A stretch of DNA of 64,000 nucleotides from Scyliorhinus canicula (taxonomy: Eukaryota): positions 109,111,858 to 109,175,857 of the forward strand of contig NC_052156.1 in NCBI RefSeq assembly GCF_902713615.1, in the 5' to 3' direction. Made by a program: the position numbers and the translations under genes. Position 1 is the first letter of the stretch. Every line of letters begins with the position of its first letter. The notes under the pieces were generated by a model. It did no database searches, was not told the DNA's origin, and worked only from the letters and a program-made list of their open reading frames with translations. Below, piece by piece: positions 60,305-64,000 of this stretch.

Positions 60305-61490
60305 TTCATTTACGGGATGTGGGCGTTGCTGGTTAGACCAGCATTTATTACCCATCCCTAGATGCCCTTCAGAAGGTGGTGGTGAGTTGTCTTCTTGAAC
60401 CGCTGCAGTCCTTGAGGTGTAGGCACACCCACTGTGCTGTTAGGGAGGGAGTTCCAGGATGTTGTCCCAGGGAGAATGAAAGAATGGCAATATATTTCCA
60501 AGTCAGGGTGGTGAGTGATTTGGAGGGGAACCTCCGGTGGGGTTCCCAAGTGTCTGCTGCTCTTGTCCTTTTACGTGATAGTGGTCGTGGGTTGGAAGGT
60601 GTTGTCTAAGGAACCGTGGTGAGTTACTGCAGTGCATCTTGTAGATGGTACACAGGGCTGCCACTCTTTGTCGGTGGTGGAGGGTTTGAATGTTTGAGGA
60701 AGGGGGAGCAATTAAGCGGGCTGCTTTGTCCTGGATGGTGTCGAGCTTCTTGAGCGTTGTTGGAGCTGCACTCATCCAGACAAGGGGAGAGTATTCCATC
60801 ACACTCCTGACAGACATTGGGGGAATCAGGGGGTGAGATACACGTCTTGGGATTCCTAGCCTTTGATCTGCCCTGGTAGCCACAGTATTAAAATGGCTAT
60901 TCCAGTTGAATTTCTGATCAATGGTAAACCCCAGGATGTTGATAGTGGGGGATTCAGTGATGGTAATGCCTTTGAATGTCAAGGGGCGATGATTAGATTC
61001 TCTTTTGTTAGAGATGCTCACTGCCTGGCACTTGTGCAGTGCGAATGTAACTTGCCATTTGTCAACCCAAGCCTGGATATTGTCCAGGACTTGCTGCAAT
61101 TGGACATGGGCTGCTTCATTATCTGAGGAGTCGCGAATGGTGCAGAACATTGTGCAGTCATCTGCAAACATCAGCACTTCTGACTTTATGATGGAAGGGA
61201 GATCATTGGTGAAGCAGCTGAAGATGGTTGGCCCTAGGACATTACCCTGAGGAACCCCTGCAGTGGTGTCCTGGAGTTGAGATGTTTGACCTCCAACCAC
61301 CACAACCATCTTCCTTTGTGCCAGGCATGACTCTAACCAGTGGAGAGTATTTCCTCTGACTCCCATTGACTCCAGTTAAGCTAGGGTTCCTTGATGCCAT
61401 ACTCAGTCAAATGCTGCCTTGATGTCAAGGGCAGTCACTCTCACCTCACCTCTGGCATTCAGCTGTTCTGTCCATGTTTGAACCAAACAT
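60305..61490 (-). mobile_element. CR1/L2-group LINE, RT plus 3' end
   Basis: ORF 60503..61366: GVPQGNVLGPTIF, MFADDCT, WQVTFALHKCQ, QDKAARLI. Confidence 0.9.
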
Positions 61491-61552
61491 ATGATAATCA
61501 ATGATTTCATGGTCACCACTAGAATAGCTTTTCAATATCAGATTCATTGACT

Positions 61553-64000
61553 GGATTGGATTGGATTTGTTTATTGTCACGTGTACCGAGGTACAGTGGA
61601 AAGTATTTTTCTGCGAGCAGCTCAACAGATCATTCAGTACATGGAAGAAAAGGGAATTAAACAAAATTCGAGAAAATACATGAGAATACATAATAGGGCA
61701 ACACAAGATATACAATGTAACTTCATAAGCATTGACATCGGTTGAAACAGACAGGGTGTAGTGTTAATTAGGTCAGTCAATAAGAGGGTCATTTAGGAGT
61801 CTGGTGACAGTGGGGAAGAAGCTGTTTTTGAGTCTGTTCGTGCGTGTTCTCAGACTTCTGTATCTCCTGCCCGATTGAAGAAGTTGGAAAAGTGAGTAAG
61901 CCGGGTGGGAGGGATCCTTGATTATGCTGCCTGCTTTCCCCCGGCAGCAGGAGGTGTAGATGGAGTCCATGGATGGGAGGCAGGTTCGTGTGGTGGACTG
62001 GGCGGTATTCACGACTCTCTGAAGTTCCTTGCGGTCCTGGGCCGAACAGTTGCCATACCAGGCTGTGATGCAGCCAGATAGGATGCTTTCTGCAGTGCAT
62101 CTGTAAAAGTTGGTAAGGGTTAATGTGGACATGCCGAATTTCCTTAGTTTCCTGAGGAAGTATAGACGCTGTTGTGCTTTCTTGGTGATAGCGTCGATGT
62201 GAGTGGACCAGGATAGATTTTTGGTGATGTGCACCCCTAGGAATTTGAAACTGCTAACCATCTCCACCTCGGCCCCGTTGATGTTGACAGGGGTGTGTAC
62301 AGTACTTTGCTTCCTGAAGTCGATGACCAGCTCTTTAGTTTTGTTGGCATTGATGGAGAGATTGTTGTCGTTACACCATGCCACTAGGTTCTCTACCTCC
62401 CTCCTGTATTCGGACTCATCGTTATTCGAGATCCGACCCACTATGGTCGTATCGTCAGCAAACTTGTAGATGGAGTTGGAACCAAGTTTTGCCACGCAGT
62501 CGTGTGTGTGTACAGGGAGTAGAGTAGGGGGCTAAGTAAGCAGCCTTGCGGGGCACCGGTATTGAGGACTATTGTGGAGGAGGTGTTGGTGTTCATTCTT
62601 ACTGATTGTGGTCTGTTGGTCAGAAAGTCAAGGATCCAGTTGCAGAGTGGAGAGCCAAGTCCTAGGTTTTGGAGCTTTGATATGAGCTTGGCTGGGATTA
62701 TGGTGTTGAAGGCGGAGCTGCAGTCAATAAATAGGAGTCTGATGTAGGAGTTCTTGTTTTCGAGATGCTCTAGGGATGAGTGTAGGGCCAGGTAAATGGC
62801 GTCTGATGTGGACCGGTTGCGACGGTATGCGAATTGAAGTGGGTCAAGGCGTTCCGGGAGTATGAAGGTGATGCGCTTCATGATCAGCCTCTCAAAGCAC
62901 TTCATTACAACTGACATCAGGGCCACCGGGCGGTAGTCATTGAGGCATGTTGCCTGGTTCTTCTTTGGTACCGGTATGATGGTGGTCTTCTTGAAGCAGG
63001 TGGGGATCTCGGAGTGGAGTAGGGATAGGTTAAAGATGTCTATGAATACCTCTGCCAGATGGTATGTGCACGCTCTAGTGCACGACCAGGGATCCCGTCC
63101 GGGCCCGTCGCCTTCCGTGGGTTCATTTTCAGGAAGGCCGATCTGACTTCGGAAACTGTGATGGTGGGTATGGGTGAATTATGGGCTGCTGGGACACTCG
63201 ACAGCGGATTGTTGGTTACCTGCTCAAACCGAGCATAGAATGCATTAAGTTCATCGGGGAGAAGTGCGCTGCTGCCAGAGATACTGCTCGGCTTCGCTTT
63301 GTAGCCCGTTATGTTGTTTAGTCCTTGCCACAACCGCCGAGAGTCTGTGACTAGCTTAGTTTGATATTCTCTCTTGGCATCTCGGATGGCTTTGCGGAGG
63401 TCGTACCTGGATTTCTTGTATTGGACAGGGTCGTCTGCCTTGAACGCCTCAGATCTGTCCTTCAGTAGGGAGTCAATCTCGCGGTTGAGCCATGGTTTCC
63501 GGTTGGGGAATGTACGTACTGCTTTCTTTGGCACGCAGTCGTGCACACATTTGCTGATGAATTCTGTGACGGTGGTGGCATACTCATTTAAGTTAGTCGC
63601 TGAGTTCTTAAATATGGACCAGTCCACTGTCTCTAAGCAGTCACGTAAGAGCTCTTCTGTCTCATCGGACCAGCACTGCACAACCTTCTTAGCTGGATTC
63701 TCCCGCTTGAGTTTCTGCTTGTAAGCCGGGAGAAGAAGCACAGTCTTATGGTCTAATTTCCCAAAATGCGGTCGGGGGATGGAACGGTAGGCGCCCTTGA
63801 TTTTTGAGTAGCAGTGGTCAAGAGTGTTGTCGACCCTGGTGGGACAGGAGATGTGCTGGTGGAATTTTGGCAGTACACTCTTGAGTTTGGCTTTGTTGAA
63901 GTCTCCGGCCACAATGAACAAGGCCTCCGGGTGTTCTGTTTCATAGTTGTTTATGACTGTGCACAGTTCATCCAGCGCCTTCCTCACTTCTGCCTGGGGT
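61553..64000 (-). mobile_element. Rex1/Babar-clade LINE, young, running off the window end
   Basis: AGDFN and TLDHCY (endonuclease), [46 protein letters not shown]; (TCCAA)n tail; frameshifts near 63070 and 62500. Confidence 0.93.

Noticed and set aside
60503-63987. Reverse transcriptase ORFs as a retron- or DGR-like novel system, or as domesticated genes
   Set aside because: The motifs, tails and frameshifts identify ordinary non-LTR retrotransposon copies.

Overview
This is vertebrate genomic DNA, not prokaryotic. The V-SINE/HE1, Deu-SINE-like, CR1, L1-like and Rex1 repeat content points to a shark, probably a catshark-type elasmobranch (inference). The window covers the middle of one + strand gene, C2CD5 (CDP138/KIAA0528). 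I traced 14 coding exons between 1973 and 56404. They have GT-AG ends and consistent phases and splice into one open frame of 1579 nt (526 codons). The N-terminal C2-domain exons and the C-terminal exons lie outside the window. The introns are packed with retroelements, many nested, and nearly all ORFs in the six-frame track are TE debris or low-complexity artefacts. I found no new protein-coding system. The most interesting signals are non-coding. (1) A candidate minimal hammerhead ribozyme with a compensatory U3-A8 core pair, on the C2CD5 sense strand (50403-50441). (2) A 3.1-kb TA-flanked Tigger/pogo-like element built from nested hairpins around a 2.2-kb G-rich tract (46375-49515). (3) A perfect 128-bp inverted duplication (58998-59362). 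(4) SINEs that combine shared heads with CR1-, L1- or Rex1-type tails. (5) Several frame-preserving or poison splice options in C2CD5. Boundaries of old TE fragments are approximate, and family names come from recognised motifs, not database searches.
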